64,000 bases of DNA, from positions 8,946-72,945 of the forward strand of contig CBFIGY010000015.1 of NCBI GenBank assembly GCA_965662235.1, written 5' to 3'. Position 1 is the stretch's first letter. Every line of letters begins with the position of its first letter. The translations under genes were made by a program, and so were the position numbers. The stretch comes from an uncultured bacterium (GTDB lineage Bacteria; SAR324; NAC60-12). Under the pieces are notes generated by a model. The model had not been told where the DNA came from. It made no database searches and saw nothing but the letters and a program-made list of their open reading frames with translations. Shown here piece by piece: positions 18,355-28,645 of the stretch.

Positions 18355-18589
18355 GTTCCTCCACAGGTGAATGCGAACTAAAATCAGCCTGCCATTACGC
18401 CAAATCTCAACTCGATCCGCCAGCGGTTTTTTTGGACGCTTCCTGGATTCGACATAGCGGGAGGCGGCTTCGGCTTTATTTTTCCGCCGGAGTCTCATAA
18501 GGTTTCTGCACTTTCGCCTCCGGATTATTTGGCTGGAGCCCCCCATCTTGTAGCCAGCCACAACCCCCTTTTCTGATAGGAGAGATTCA

Positions 18590-20185
18590 ATGACTGAGGG
18601 AATTCAGATCACCGGAACCATGCATGCTGGTTTTGAAAGCATTCTGACCCCGGAGGCTCAGGCCTTTTTGGTGATGCTGCACCGCAAGTTCAACACCCGT
18701 CGCCAAGAGCTTTTGGCACGCCGTCAGCAGATTCAGCAGGCCATTCGAAACGGGCAGTACCCGACCTTTCTGGAAGAAACCCGCTCGGTTCGCGAAGACG
18801 ACTGGCAAGTCGCCCCCATTCCAGAAGACCTGCAGGACCGGCGCTGTGAAATCACCGGACCGGTGGATGCCAAGATGATGATCAATGCGCTCAATTCAGG
18901 CGCCAAGGTCTTCATGGCAGACCTGGAGGACTCAAACACCCCGAACTGGTACAACCAGATCCAGGGGCAGCTGAACCTCATTGCGGCTCATGAGCGGACT
19001 CTGCAGTTTGACAGTCCTGAAGGCAAGGCCTACCGCCTCAAGGAAGACGGACTGGCGGTGCTTGTGGTACGTCCCCGAGGCTGGCACCTTGAGGAAAAGC
19101 ACATCCTCATCGACGGCGAAGTGGCCTCCGGTTCACTGGTGGACGCCGGCCTCTACCTCTTCCACAATGCTCAGCGGACCCTTGGCAAGGGCACAGGCCC
19201 CTACTTCTACCTGCCGAAGATGGAAAACCACCTAGAGGCTCGCCTGTGGAACGAGGTCTTTGTTGCGGCTCAGGAAGCCTTAGGTGTTCCTCAGGGATCC
19301 GTCAAAGCGACCGTGCTGATTGAAACAATTCTGGCGCCGTTTGAGATGGAAGAGATCATCTACGAACTCCGGGAACACATGGCCGGCCTCAATGCCGGAC
19401 GCTGGGACTACATGTTCAGCACCATCAAGAAGTTCAGCGAAGATCCCGAATTCCTCTGGCCTGATCGGGCTCAGGTGACCATGACGGCGCCGCTCATGCG
19501 GGCGTACACGGAACTGCTGGTGCGCTCCTGTCACAAGCACGGCGCCCACGCCATCGGTGGCATGGCGGCCTTCATTCCCAGTCGCCGGGATGAAGAGGTC
19601 AACAAGGTCGCGCTGGCGAAGGTCCGTGAAGACAAGCAGCGTGAAGCTGGAGACGGCTTCGACGGTTCCTGGGTGGCGCACCCGGACCTGGTTCCCGTCT
19701 GCACCGAAGTCTTTTCTGCTGCCTTTGAGCCCGGACGCGTCAACCAGAAGCAGCGCATGCGGGAAGACGTGCAGGTGACTCCCGAGATGCTCCTGAACTT
19801 CAAGATCCCCGGAGGCATCATCACCGAGGCCGGCGTCCGGAACAACATCAGCGTTGGCATCCAGTACATTGAGGCCTGGCTCAAGGGCAACGGGGCCGTG
19901 GCCATCTTTAACCTGATGGAAGATGCGGCAACGGCTGAAATCTCCCGGGCCCAGCTGTGGCAATGGATTCGGCATCCGGAAGGGAAGCTGGAGGATGGCC
20001 GCAAGGTGACTGTGGAGATGGTCCGCTCCATGATTCCGGAAGAGCTGGCGAAGATTCAGGAAGCTTACGGAGAGCACTACGACGAGGCATCCTTCCAAAA
20101 CGCCGCTCAGCTGCTGGATGATTTGGCCACAGCAGAGGCGTTTGAGGACTTCCTGACCCTTCGAGCCTACGCTCAACTGGACTGA
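18590..20185 (+). CDS. aceB: Malate synthase A
   Basis: [32 protein letters not shown] and [13 protein letters not shown] motifs. Confidence 0.97.
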   Translation: MTEGIQITGTMHAGFESILTPEAQAFLVMLHRKFNTRRQELLARRQQIQQAIRNGQYPTFLEETRSVREDDWQVAPIPEDLQDRRCEITGPVDAKMMINALNSGAKVFMADLEDSNTPNWYNQIQGQLNLIAAHERTLQFDSPEGKAYRLKEDGLAVLVVRPRGWHLEEKHILIDGEVASGSLVDAGLYLFHNAQRTLGKGTGPYFYLPKMENHLEARLWNEVFVAAQEALGVPQGSVKATVLIETILAPFEMEEIIYELREHMAGLNAGRWDYMFSTIKKFSEDPEFLWPDRAQVTMTAPLMRAYTELLVRSCHKHGAHAIGGMAAFIPSRRDEEVNKVALAKVREDKQREAGDGFDGSWVAHPDLVPVCTEVFSAAFEPGRVNQKQRMREDVQVTPEMLLNFKIPGGIITEAGVRNNISVGIQYIEAWLKGNGAVAIFNLMEDAATAEISRAQLWQWIRHPEGKLEDGRKVTVEMVRSMIPEELAKIQEAYGEHYDEASFQNAAQLLDDLATAEAFEDFLTLRAYAQLD

Positions 20186-20196
20186 CGGTTCGCAAG

Positions 20197-20235
20197 GAGG
20201 GGGACTTCTGCCTCCCCCTCTCTGGGGTTCTTTTT
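20197..20235 (+). terminator. Possible terminator after aceB
   Basis: GAGGGGGA/TCCCCCTC 8-bp stem; the T-run lies about 10 nt downstream. Confidence 0.4.
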
Positions 20236-21507
20236 ATGTTTCACGAGATTAAACGAAGCGATTGGGCTCTGATTGCCCTAGTTCTTTTGTTCGGGCTGGT
20301 TTTTTCCGGCGTCGCCTTTGATATTGTCCTCCGAGTGGGGGAACAGCGAGGTGGCCGTGCGGCAGACGCCATGAGCAACGCCGGGTTTGTGTTGGGTTCC
20401 GGGGTGCTGATGACCCTGATCCTGAGCACCTACCTCGGGCTCAACGCCCGGCAGAATCACCTCCTCCGGGCCCGGGAACGGTCACTGCACCAGGCCAAGG
20501 GGTTGCTAGAGGACATCATGCTCCACACGCCTCACGGACTGGCGGTCGCATCGGAGCAGGGACAGGTTCAGCAAGCGAACCCTGCTTTTTCCCAAATCTT
20601 CGACCAGGTGGACGCGATTGGGACGTCTCTGTTCCAGCTGCTTCGACTTTCAGAAGAGCAGGTGCAGGACCTCACTCAGGCAGACACCCCGCATCCTCTG
20701 CAGGCCTCGCTCCGGGTTCCGGCCCACGGGGAACGCAGTGAGCAGAGCCTCGAATTTTCCCTCCAGCGCCTGAAGCTGGGGGAGGAAGAGGACAGCCTGA
20801 TTGTTGCGCATGTGTTTGATGTGACTGCCCGCAGGCTCCTGGAGGCCCGAGTTCACCAGGCGGATCGCATGGAGGAACTGGGACGGCTGGTGAACGAGAT
20901 TGCTCATAAACTCAACACCCCGCTCGGGGCGATCACCAACAACGTTGAGTTGCTGGAGATGCGCATCGACCGCGGAGATACCACCGGACTGAAGAAGCAG
21001 GCCCAGCGCATCCTGACGGCTGCTGAGGAAGGCGCTGCCTACGTCCGGAAGCTCCGGGAACTGCCAACGCTGCAGGAGGAACTGGCTCCGACGGAACAGA
21101 CGGTGCTCGCGGTGGCGGTGCTGGAAGACGTGCTGGAGCAGATCCACGGGTTCCTGCTCGGCAAACAGGTGCTGGTGCAGCGTAACTACAACATCAACGA
21201 TGAACGCCTGATCCGCTGTCACGACGGCATTCTGCGCAAAACCCTGAGCGCTCTGCTGGTGCGGGCGGTGTTGAAGGTGGAAGCCCATCCGGAGCGACTC
21301 CTGACCCTAGAGCTTCCTCTGCATCCGGATGAGGTCACCCTGGAACTCCACTACACCGACCCGACGTCGCCTCCTCCGGAACCAGCGTCTCCGGACTTGG
21401 AACTGCTGGCCCACCAAGAGGCCATCCGGCACCTCGGAGGCGAGCTGACGGAGCGTTCCGAGGCCCAACACACCTGTCTCTCCCTTCGACTTCCCCTCTC
21501 TGCCTGA
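20236..21507 (+). CDS. Membrane PAS/HisKA protein with a degenerate ATPase domain (pseudo-histidine kinase)
   Basis: Two TM helices, PAS (NPAF...DVTAR), H-box IAHKLNTPL; no recognisable N, G1, F or G2 boxes. Confidence 0.75.
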   Translation: MFHEIKRSDWALIALVLLFGLVFSGVAFDIVLRVGEQRGGRAADAMSNAGFVLGSGVLMTLILSTYLGLNARQNHLLRARERSLHQAKGLLEDIMLHTPHGLAVASEQGQVQQANPAFSQIFDQVDAIGTSLFQLLRLSEEQVQDLTQADTPHPLQASLRVPAHGERSEQSLEFSLQRLKLGEEEDSLIVAHVFDVTARRLLEARVHQADRMEELGRLVNEIAHKLNTPLGAITNNVELLEMRIDRGDTTGLKKQAQRILTAAEEGAAYVRKLRELPTLQEELAPTEQTVLAVAVLEDVLEQIHGFLLGKQVLVQRNYNINDERLIRCHDGILRKTLSALLVRAVLKVEAHPERLLTLELPLHPDEVTLELHYTDPTSPPPEPASPDLELLAHQEAIRHLGGELTERSEAQHTCLSLRLPLSA

Positions 21508-21619
21508 ACCCTGCCGCCTCCTGCGGTGTGAAAAACCGCGTGAGGCTTCTGCGGCTCGCCATACTTTTTGCACGTAGGTTTCCTCACCGATCAACGGATC
21601 GGCTGAATTTCGGTTTCGG

Positions 21620-21648
21620 TTTACACACCCTAGGCCGTTCGCTATAAT
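21620..21648 (+). promoter_or_regulatory. Sigma70 promoter upstream of yccA
   Basis: TTTACA-17 bp-TATAAT, near consensus. Confidence 0.7.
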
Positions 21649-21695
21649 TCTCTCATTGTTTTGCCAAGGCAACCTTTAGCTTGATAAGGAGCAAC

Positions 21696-22385
21696 ATGCG
21701 TTTTGGAAATCCCCAATCCCTGGCTTACGGAGCCGTGCCCGCTTCGTCCGTTTCCGTACAGGAGCGCCTGGTCTTCCTCAAGAAGGTCTATGGCCTCCTC
21801 GGGGCTTCGCTGCTGACGGCAACCGTCGGGGCCTACCTGGCCAGCGGACCGCTGTTTGAAGTGATGATGAGGCTGCACATGCCGCTCTTCCTGCTGGAAA
21901 TCGGCCTGATCTTCTTTGCCTCCTACGCCGCGCGCAAACCCGGCCTGAACATGATTGCGCTCTTCAGCTTTACCTTTGTTTCAGGGCTGACGCTGGGGCC
22001 GATCTTGGGGCTGTACATCATGGGCGGAAAGTCCACGGTCATTGCAGAAGCCTTTGCGCTGACCACAGTGGTGTTTTTTGGACTGAGCGCCTACGTCGTC
22101 TTTTCCCGGAAGGACTTCAGCTTCATGGGCGGGTTCTTGATGACAGGACTGATCATCTTAGTGGTCGGCAGCCTCATCAACATGTTTGTGGGCAGCTCCA
22201 TGGGGTCCTTCCTCATCTCTGGAGTGGCAGTGTTCCTGTTCAGTGGCTTCATTCTCTATGACACCTCGAACATCCTTCGGAACTACAGCACAGAAGACTA
22301 CGTCAGCGCGACCTTGGCGCTGTACCTTGACATCCTCAACCTCTTCATTGCGCTGCTCAACATTCTGGGCTTGAGCCGCGACTGA
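21696..22385 (+). CDS. yccA: Bax inhibitor-1/YccA family membrane protein
   Basis: Seven TM helices; FLKKVY, ILYDTSNI and LYLDILNLF motifs; AAGGAG RBS. Confidence 0.92.
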   Translation: MRFGNPQSLAYGAVPASSVSVQERLVFLKKVYGLLGASLLTATVGAYLASGPLFEVMMRLHMPLFLLEIGLIFFASYAARKPGLNMIALFSFTFVSGLTLGPILGLYIMGGKSTVIAEAFALTTVVFFGLSAYVVFSRKDFSFMGGFLMTGLIILVVGSLINMFVGSSMGSFLISGVAVFLFSGFILYDTSNILRNYSTEDYVSATLALYLDILNLFIALLNILGLSRD

Positions 22386-22394
22386 CCCCCCGCA

Positions 22395-24983
22395 ATGCGG
22401 CGCTTTGCCTGGGGATTCCTCTTCAGCCTCCTGGGGCTACCGCTGGTCGGAGTACTGGCGCTGGCCCTAGGGCTTTCCCTGACCTACCAAGACGCCCTGC
22501 TCGACTTTGAGCAAGCGGTGGAAGCGATCTCGACCAACACCATCCTGCTGGACACGGAGGGGAAGCCGTTCCATACCCTGCACAGCGGGGAACGTCGGCA
22601 GGTGGTGGAACGTCGTGAGACCGGACGCTGGATGCAGCTCAGTGTCTTGGCGGCAGAAGACACCCGCTTCTTTCACCACCGGGGCGTGGACCCCATCCGG
22701 ATCCTCTCCGCCCTGTGGGTGAACCTGCGCCATGGAGAGGTCAAGCAGGGAGCCAGTACCATCACCCAGCAGCTGGTCAAGGTCCTCCTCCTCAGTCCGG
22801 AGCGAACGTGGACCCGTAAGGTCCGGGAGGCCCTCATTTCCATTTCGCTGGAGTGGAAGTACGACAAGACCGATATCCTCGAAGCCTACCTCAACACCAT
22901 CTACCTCGGACACGGCAACTATGGAGTCGAGCAAGCGGCCCAGAGTTACTTCCGCAAGCACGCCGCTGAATTGACCATTGGCGAGGCAAGCCTGCTGGGG
23001 GGCATCATCCGCCGCCCCGAATTTTACCTCAAGGTCCCCAACAACCTCCCCGAAAAGAGCGAATTTTATCCCCAGTCGGCGCTGCTGGAAGCCCTGAACC
23101 GCCGTGAGTTGGTCCTCCGAGAAATGGCCCGTCAGCGCTGGATTACAGCAGAACAGTGGCGGGAAGTCCGGGAGGAAAAGCTCCAGGTGCACCTCCCCAA
23201 GCGTTTTAGTGGCAGCGGGGCATACTTCATTCAAGAGGTGGTCAAGCGTCTGAAGAACAACCACAACCTGGCGCAGGTGTATGGAGGTGGGTATCGGGTG
23301 TACACGACCTACAATCCGGAGCTTCAGGAGTTGGCTGAAGCCGCCACACACTCCATTTACGAAGGCGACACGCCGCACTCTGCACAGGTGGCACTGGTGT
23401 CAATGGAGCCCAAGACCGGGTTTGTGCGGGCCCTGGTCGGAGGTCGGGATTTTGGGGAGTCTGAATTCAATCGGGCGGTCCAGGCGTTGCGGCAACCAGG
23501 ATCGTCGTTTAAGCCGACGCTCTATGCCACAGCCCTAGAAAAGAGCTTTGCCCCCAACAACGTTTTTAAGGATGAGCCCCTGGTGTATGAATGGGTGGAC
23601 GACCTAGGCCTGACCAGCTTCTATTCGCCCGGGAATGCCGATGGCAAGTTTGGGAAGGAGCGGACCTGGCTGGGACGAAACGGGGTGGAGTACACAACCG
23701 ATCACATGACCCTAGCCAAGGCCCTGGAACGCTCCGTGAATACGGTCGCGGTGCAGGTGCTGGATCAACTCGGCATTGGTCCTCTGACTCAGCAGGCCAA
23801 AAAGGTGGGCCTGGAGGTTGATGGAAAGATGGGACTCTGCATCGCGCTCGGTTGTTCCGGAACCACGTTGCTGGACCTCACCACGTCTTACACCCCCTTT
23901 GCGAACGGCGGCATTGCGCGACGTCCGGTTTTCATTACCCGCATTGAGGATTTTACCGGCAATATCGTTTACAAGTATGAAGCCGACCCGGGCATTCAGG
24001 CCTATTCACCATGGACCGCACACCTGATGAATGAAATGCTCCGCCGTGTGGTTCTAAAGGGCACCGGCCGCAACGCCCAGTGGGGCAACAGAGATGTTCC
24101 CATCGCTGGGAAAACCGGCACCAACACCGATGGGCGGGACGCCTGGTTCGTTGGCTACACACCTGAACTGGTCACGGGGGTCTGGATTGGCAAAGACGAC
24201 AACACCGCTATGCCGTGGGAGCAGGGTGGACGAACCCCCGCTCGCATCTGGCGACGGTACAGCAAACCGGCTCTGCAACTGGTACCGCCACAGGAATTTC
24301 CAGAACCACCGGAGCACGCCTTGATGCCCACCTGCTCTGTGAGTGGAAAGCTGGCCACCCAAAACTGTCCGGATGTGGAGTACTACTCCTACCAGCTGGA
24401 CGCACTGCCAACCGAATACTGCACAGAGCATCCGGGCTTCCCCCTGAAGCACCTGGTCTCCATGGACGATACGCCCGTTGCCGAACTGCCGGATGCGCTC
24501 GTTCCGGAAGACGCCACTGTGGCTCAGCCGGAAGTGCTTCAAGACGCGGGACGCTTCCCCGCTCCGGAAACCCTTGCCCGGCCGCTCCCGGCTGTCCCGG
24601 AAGTGGCACTGGAGCCCAGCCCACCGGCGTCGGAGTGGCGTCCGGACGCGGCACCTGGAGAGGCGCGTGTGCTTCCAGAACCGACTCCTCGGTTCCGGGA
24701 CGTTCCGGTGACAGAGCCTGAATTCTCTGCTCAGCCCACCTCTCAGGAGCGTACGAGTCGCTTCCGGGATGTTCCCACGCCGGAGCCAGAAGCATCGACC
24801 CTTTCAGATGCCGCTGCCGATCCGGACTGGCGGGTGCCGCAGGATCCGGATGTGCCCATTTTTGAGCTGGAACCTGCCTCCGGGTCTCGGCGAAACTCGT
24901 CAGAAGGAGGACGTTTCCTGGATCTACCTGAAGTCTTCAATACCCCCTACTCGTCCAACCGCGGAGCCCTGCCCTCTCGTTGA
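22395..24983 (+). CDS. Class A penicillin-binding protein (PBP1A family) with a long Pro/acidic C-terminal tail
   Basis: Transglycosylase motifs EDTRFFHH, GASTITQQL and RKVRE; transpeptidase motifs SSFK, SVN and KTG. Confidence 0.93.
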   Translation: MRRFAWGFLFSLLGLPLVGVLALALGLSLTYQDALLDFEQAVEAISTNTILLDTEGKPFHTLHSGERRQVVERRETGRWMQLSVLAAEDTRFFHHRGVDPIRILSALWVNLRHGEVKQGASTITQQLVKVLLLSPERTWTRKVREALISISLEWKYDKTDILEAYLNTIYLGHGNYGVEQAAQSYFRKHAAELTIGEASLLGGIIRRPEFYLKVPNNLPEKSEFYPQSALLEALNRRELVLREMARQRWITAEQWREVREEKLQVHLPKRFSGSGAYFIQEVVKRLKNNHNLAQVYGGGYRVYTTYNPELQELAEAATHSIYEGDTPHSAQVALVSMEPKTGFVRALVGGRDFGESEFNRAVQALRQPGSSFKPTLYATALEKSFAPNNVFKDEPLVYEWVDDLGLTSFYSPGNADGKFGKERTWLGRNGVEYTTDHMTLAKALERSVNTVAVQVLDQLGIGPLTQQAKKVGLEVDGKMGLCIALGCSGTTLLDLTTSYTPFANGGIARRPVFITRIEDFTGNIVYKYEADPGIQAYSPWTAHLMNEMLRRVVLKGTGRNAQWGNRDVPIAGKTGTNTDGRDAWFVGYTPELVTGVWIGKDDNTAMPWEQGGRTPARIWRRYSKPALQLVPPQEFPEPPEHALMPTCSVSGKLATQNCPDVEYYSYQLDALPTEYCTEHPGFPLKHLVSMDDTPVAELPDALVPEDATVAQPEVLQDAGRFPAPETLARPLPAVPEVALEPSPPASEWRPDAAPGEARVLPEPTPRFRDVPVTEPEFSAQPTSQERTSRFRDVPTPEPEASTLSDAAADPDWRVPQDPDVPIFELEPASGSRRNSSEGGRFLDLPEVFNTPYSSNRGALPSR

Positions 24984-24992
24984 GAATCAAGC

Positions 24993-26834
24993 ATGCGTGT
25001 CTTCTTGTTGTTGCTGGTGAGCCTCAGTGTGCTCAGCTGTTCCGGCCCCCGGCCTGAGGGGCCAGCAGAGGTTTCTGCGGATCGAGGCATCCGCCGCACG
25101 GCTCCAGACCCGAGCGAGCGAGTCGCTTTGGTGCTGGGAAATGCCGAATACTCAGCGAGTCCTCTGAAGAACCCGGTGAATGACGCCCGCGCCATGGCGG
25201 CTTTGCTGGAAGAGGCTCAGTTTGAAGTCCAGCTTCTGGAAAATGCCACCTACGCCCAGATGGAGGATGCCCTTCATGCCTTTGGGCAGAAGCTGAGCCG
25301 CGCTCGGGTGGCGCTGTTTTACTACGCTGGACACGGGGTGCAGTCGCAGGGACGGAACTACCTGATGCCGGTCGACGCATCGGTGCAGAAACCGCATGAG
25401 CTGCGTTACCAGACTCTGGAATTAGGCCGCATCCTGGAAACCATGGAAAGTGCCGGAAGCGCCACGAATCTGGTCATTCTGGACGCCTGCCGCAACAACC
25501 CCTTCGAGTCGGCATGGCGCTCTGAGCAGCGCGGATTGGCACCGGTCCGAGCGCCCGGAGGAACCTTTGTGGCCTTTGCGACAGCTCCGGGAGAGGTTGC
25601 AGCAGACGGCTCCGGACAGCATGGGCTTTATACCGAGGCCCTCCTGCAGAACCTCCGCACGCCCGGAGTTCCGGTGGAGTTGGCGTTCAAGCGGGTTCGG
25701 CAAGACGTGTTGCAGGCCAGCAATCAGCAGCAAATCCCCTGGGATCAATCGTCCTTGACCACGGACTTTCGCTTCTTTCCGGGTGCGGCGCCTCCTGAGA
25801 TCGCTGAGGTGCCTGAGCCTGTGGTTGTGTGTGACGAACCGTGCCAGCAGCAGCGGTTGACATCCATGCGGGCCGAGTTCAAGGAGCTTCGGGAGCGGGA
25901 GTTGGAGCGCCCAGAGGCGGCCGAACTGGTCCGGCGCTGGCAGGCGTTTCTGCAGACGCATCAAGGGCGTTCCGCTTCAGTGACAGAAGAAAACACGATG
26001 CGCGCCAAGGCCCGGAAGCAGCTCGCCTTCTGGAAGCAGGAACAACAGGCCCTCCAGTCGAATGAAGACCAGAAGCGCCAGCAGTGGCGTCAAGGGGTCT
26101 GGACGGAGCCCGCGACCCGGATGGATTTTGTTGCAGTGGAAGGAGACCCCTTCTTCCGTTTGGGAGACCTGCTGGCCGACCAACCTCAGTGGGAAGAGGT
26201 GGCGGTTCCACGCTTCTGGATGTCCCGTTACGAGGTGACCTTGGCGCAGTGGGAGGCGGTGATGAAGAGCCCTGCGGAAGCTCCTCCTGCAGACTCCGTT
26301 CAGGACTGGGTCAAGCAGACCCTCCGGAAGGGCTGGGAGAGCGCTAAGCAGGTGGCGCAGCAGTACCTTCCCGAAAAACAGATCCCGGTTGTCGGCAAGA
26401 CGTCTTCAGAAATTGCCGATTTTCTCTCTCGCCTCAATGCGCTGCATCCGGAAGGGCCGGAAATCCGCCTTCCCACTGCAGCAGAATGGGAGTACGCCTG
26501 CCGAGAAGGAGGACGGCGGACTCGATTTGGTACAGGAAAGATGACCATTAGTTTGTATGACGCTAATTTTCAACCCGAGGCGAAACGCCCTGCTTTTGTC
26601 CTAGGTCCCGGACGTGAGGACACGAAGCTGGCGCCCGTCGGTTCGTATGAGCCCAATGCCCTCGGCCTTTATGACCTCAGCGGCAATGCCGCGGAGTGGG
26701 TGGACGGTTTGGATCAGCTGCGTGGGGGCAGCTTTCAGGATGGCGGAGCCGCGTTGCAGTGTGCCGCGTTGCAGCAAGGACGCCTGTGGGGGCGAGATCA
26801 GACGGCTGGCATCCGACTGGTGAGAGGGTACTGA
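24993..26834 (+). CDS. Caspase-like (peptidase C14) lipoprotein with a C-terminal FGE-sulfatase/C-type-lectin-fold domain
   Basis: Lipobox VLSC; ALVLGNAEY, LKNPVNDA, FYYAGHG (His) and ILDACR (Cys); C-terminal RLPTAAEWEYACR, PNALGLYDLSGNAAEW and RGGSF. Confidence 0.9.
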   Translation: MRVFLLLLVSLSVLSCSGPRPEGPAEVSADRGIRRTAPDPSERVALVLGNAEYSASPLKNPVNDARAMAALLEEAQFEVQLLENATYAQMEDALHAFGQKLSRARVALFYYAGHGVQSQGRNYLMPVDASVQKPHELRYQTLELGRILETMESAGSATNLVILDACRNNPFESAWRSEQRGLAPVRAPGGTFVAFATAPGEVAADGSGQHGLYTEALLQNLRTPGVPVELAFKRVRQDVLQASNQQQIPWDQSSLTTDFRFFPGAAPPEIAEVPEPVVVCDEPCQQQRLTSMRAEFKELRERELERPEAAELVRRWQAFLQTHQGRSASVTEENTMRAKARKQLAFWKQEQQALQSNEDQKRQQWRQGVWTEPATRMDFVAVEGDPFFRLGDLLADQPQWEEVAVPRFWMSRYEVTLAQWEAVMKSPAEAPPADSVQDWVKQTLRKGWESAKQVAQQYLPEKQIPVVGKTSSEIADFLSRLNALHPEGPEIRLPTAAEWEYACREGGRRTRFGTGKMTISLYDANFQPEAKRPAFVLGPGREDTKLAPVGSYEPNALGLYDLSGNAAEWVDGLDQLRGGSFQDGGAALQCAALQQGRLWGRDQTAGIRLVRGY

Positions 26835-27620
26835 ATGACAGAATCCATTGACCCTGCTCAGCAGCCGGAAGCATGGCTGGAAGCTCACTACTCTGAACTG
26901 GAGAAAGTGGTCCGGCACCTCTGCGACCGCAAACGCCTTTGGGGAGACGAGGCCGAGGAGTTTCAGAGCCTCGCGCGCCTGCACTTTGTGGAACGCGACT
27001 ACGCCGTCATCCGGGAACTGGGCCAGGTGCAGTCGGTCCAGTCATTCCTCTACGCGGTGCTGTCCCGGTTGCTGGTCGATTACATCCGGCAACGTAAGGG
27101 CCGGTTCCGCCCGTCTCGCAAGGCCGAGGGCCAGGGCGAGATCGCGGTTTTGCTGGAACGGATGGTCCTGGAGCAGCGCCTGACCCTGGAAGAGGCCTTT
27201 CAGTCCCTGACCATCACCCACCAACGGGACCTCAGCCGTCAGGCGTTTCAGGAACTTTGCAACACCTTGGACCTGCAGCGGGGGCGTCCGGAACTGCAGA
27301 GCCTGGAGGAGCCGGAGCTCCTGCCGGCTGCAGAAGCCTCTGTGGAAGAGCTGGCCTTTGTCACGCCTCGGGTGCTCCTGGAGCCTGCTCTGGCTGAGCT
27401 GGAGGCGCTGCAGGAAGGACTCAGCTCTGAGGATCGTTTGCTGCTGGAGTGGCGCTTCCGGGACCAACTCTCCATCAGTGAAATTGCGCGGGTGCTGAAG
27501 ATCACTCGCTACCATGCGGAGACCTCCCTCCAGCGTCTGCTGCTGCGTTTGCGAGAACGCCTGCTGGAACAGGGACTTGACGAAGATCACTTGCGACAGC
27601 TCTTGCGTTTGCTTGGATAA
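26835..27620 (+). CDS. ECF-type sigma-70 factor with an inter-domain insertion
   Basis: Sigma2-like EAEEF...FLYAVLSRLLVDYIR; sigma4-like LSSEDRLLLEWRFRDQLSISEIARVL. Confidence 0.85.
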   Translation: MTESIDPAQQPEAWLEAHYSELEKVVRHLCDRKRLWGDEAEEFQSLARLHFVERDYAVIRELGQVQSVQSFLYAVLSRLLVDYIRQRKGRFRPSRKAEGQGEIAVLLERMVLEQRLTLEEAFQSLTITHQRDLSRQAFQELCNTLDLQRGRPELQSLEEPELLPAAEASVEELAFVTPRVLLEPALAELEALQEGLSSEDRLLLEWRFRDQLSISEIARVLKITRYHAETSLQRLLLRLRERLLEQGLDEDHLRQLLRLLG

Positions 27621-27715
27621 TCCTATCGTTTATTTTGAAAACCTGTGGATCGTCCGTCCAGACCAAGTGAAGGTAACAACCCCAATGTTTTGGGCGGCTG
27701 ATGGAGATTGGATTT

Positions 27716-28645
27716 ATGTTGAATGATTGCCCCTCAACCCAGACGATGGCCAACTTTTCGGATGGCACCCTTCCGGAAACCGAGCACCGCAAGGTGGTCG
27801 ATCACCTGGCCGCATGTCGAGACTGTTCCGAGTGGATGGCGGTGCTGATGGAGACCAAGGAGGCGCTCCCGCATCTGTTCCAGGAGGAAGCGGAGTCCCA
27901 AGTGGCTCCGGTGGTGAAACTCCCGCCGGCGAACAAGCGTCGCCCAGCGCCAAACCGTTCCTTCCAGTGGAAGCCCCTCTTGGTTGCCGCGTCGATTTCA
28001 GTGGTCGCCGGACTGAGCCTGCTGAGCGCCTTCTCCGGAGGCCCCAAGCTGGAAGGCATGGGCGCAGCCGCTGTTGCCGAACGACTCCGGAACCTGCCGG
28101 CCCCAGTGGAGTCGGTTCCAGAAGAGACGATGATGGCGTTTTCCAGCACCACGACTCCTGCACAGTCCGCCTTCACAACCGGATTGCTGATGACGCGTTC
28201 AACGCACTACCTCGTGAACCACGAACTCAAGGCCGCGGCAGCGACCTTTGAGCAGCTGGAGCAACTCAATCTCAATCCGACCCTCAACCGCCAACTCTAC
28301 GTCTGGAAGACCTGGGCCAAGCAAACGCGCGATGCCTCGTATGCCCTTCCTCCGGAGGTGGAGCACTGGGAAGGACGCTTTGCTTCAGATGCTGAGCGCC
28401 CCTACCTGCACCTCGGAGAACTGGCGGAAGGAAGCCGCATTGCGATTCTGCACCAGGATCAGAGCTTCTTCCGGGACCTCCCAATGCGGACCCTCCGAGC
28501 AGAACTGGAGGACGCCCAGGCGCTGCCAGGTGTTTTCCGAAGCTTGGAAACATTGGAACTGCTGGCACTTTCGCCCAACCCGACCGACCACCAGTGGCAA
28601 GAGGCGGATGAAGCCGTCCGAGACCTCATCCTGCTCTTCCAATGA
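27716..28645 (+). CDS. Zinc-binding (zf-HC2) transmembrane anti-sigma factor
   Basis: CP...HLAACRDC (HxxxCxxC), single TM helix LLVAASISVVAGLSLL, helical extracytoplasmic domain; GGAG RBS before the ATG at 27716. Confidence 0.82.
   Translation: MLNDCPSTQTMANFSDGTLPETEHRKVVDHLAACRDCSEWMAVLMETKEALPHLFQEEAESQVAPVVKLPPANKRRPAPNRSFQWKPLLVAASISVVAGLSLLSAFSGGPKLEGMGAAAVAERLRNLPAPVESVPEETMMAFSSTTTPAQSAFTTGLLMTRSTHYLVNHELKAAAATFEQLEQLNLNPTLNRQLYVWKTWAKQTRDASYALPPEVEHWEGRFASDAERPYLHLGELAEGSRIAILHQDQSFFRDLPMRTLRAELEDAQALPGVFRSLETLELLALSPNPTDHQWQEADEAVRDLILLFQ

Noticed and set aside
26090..26834. FGE-sulfatase domain as the maturase for the sulfatase, or as a diversity-generating retroelement target
   Set aside because: It lacks the catalytic Cys pair of true FGE and is exported, whereas the sulfatase is cytoplasmic. 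I saw no reverse transcriptase or template repeat in the window.
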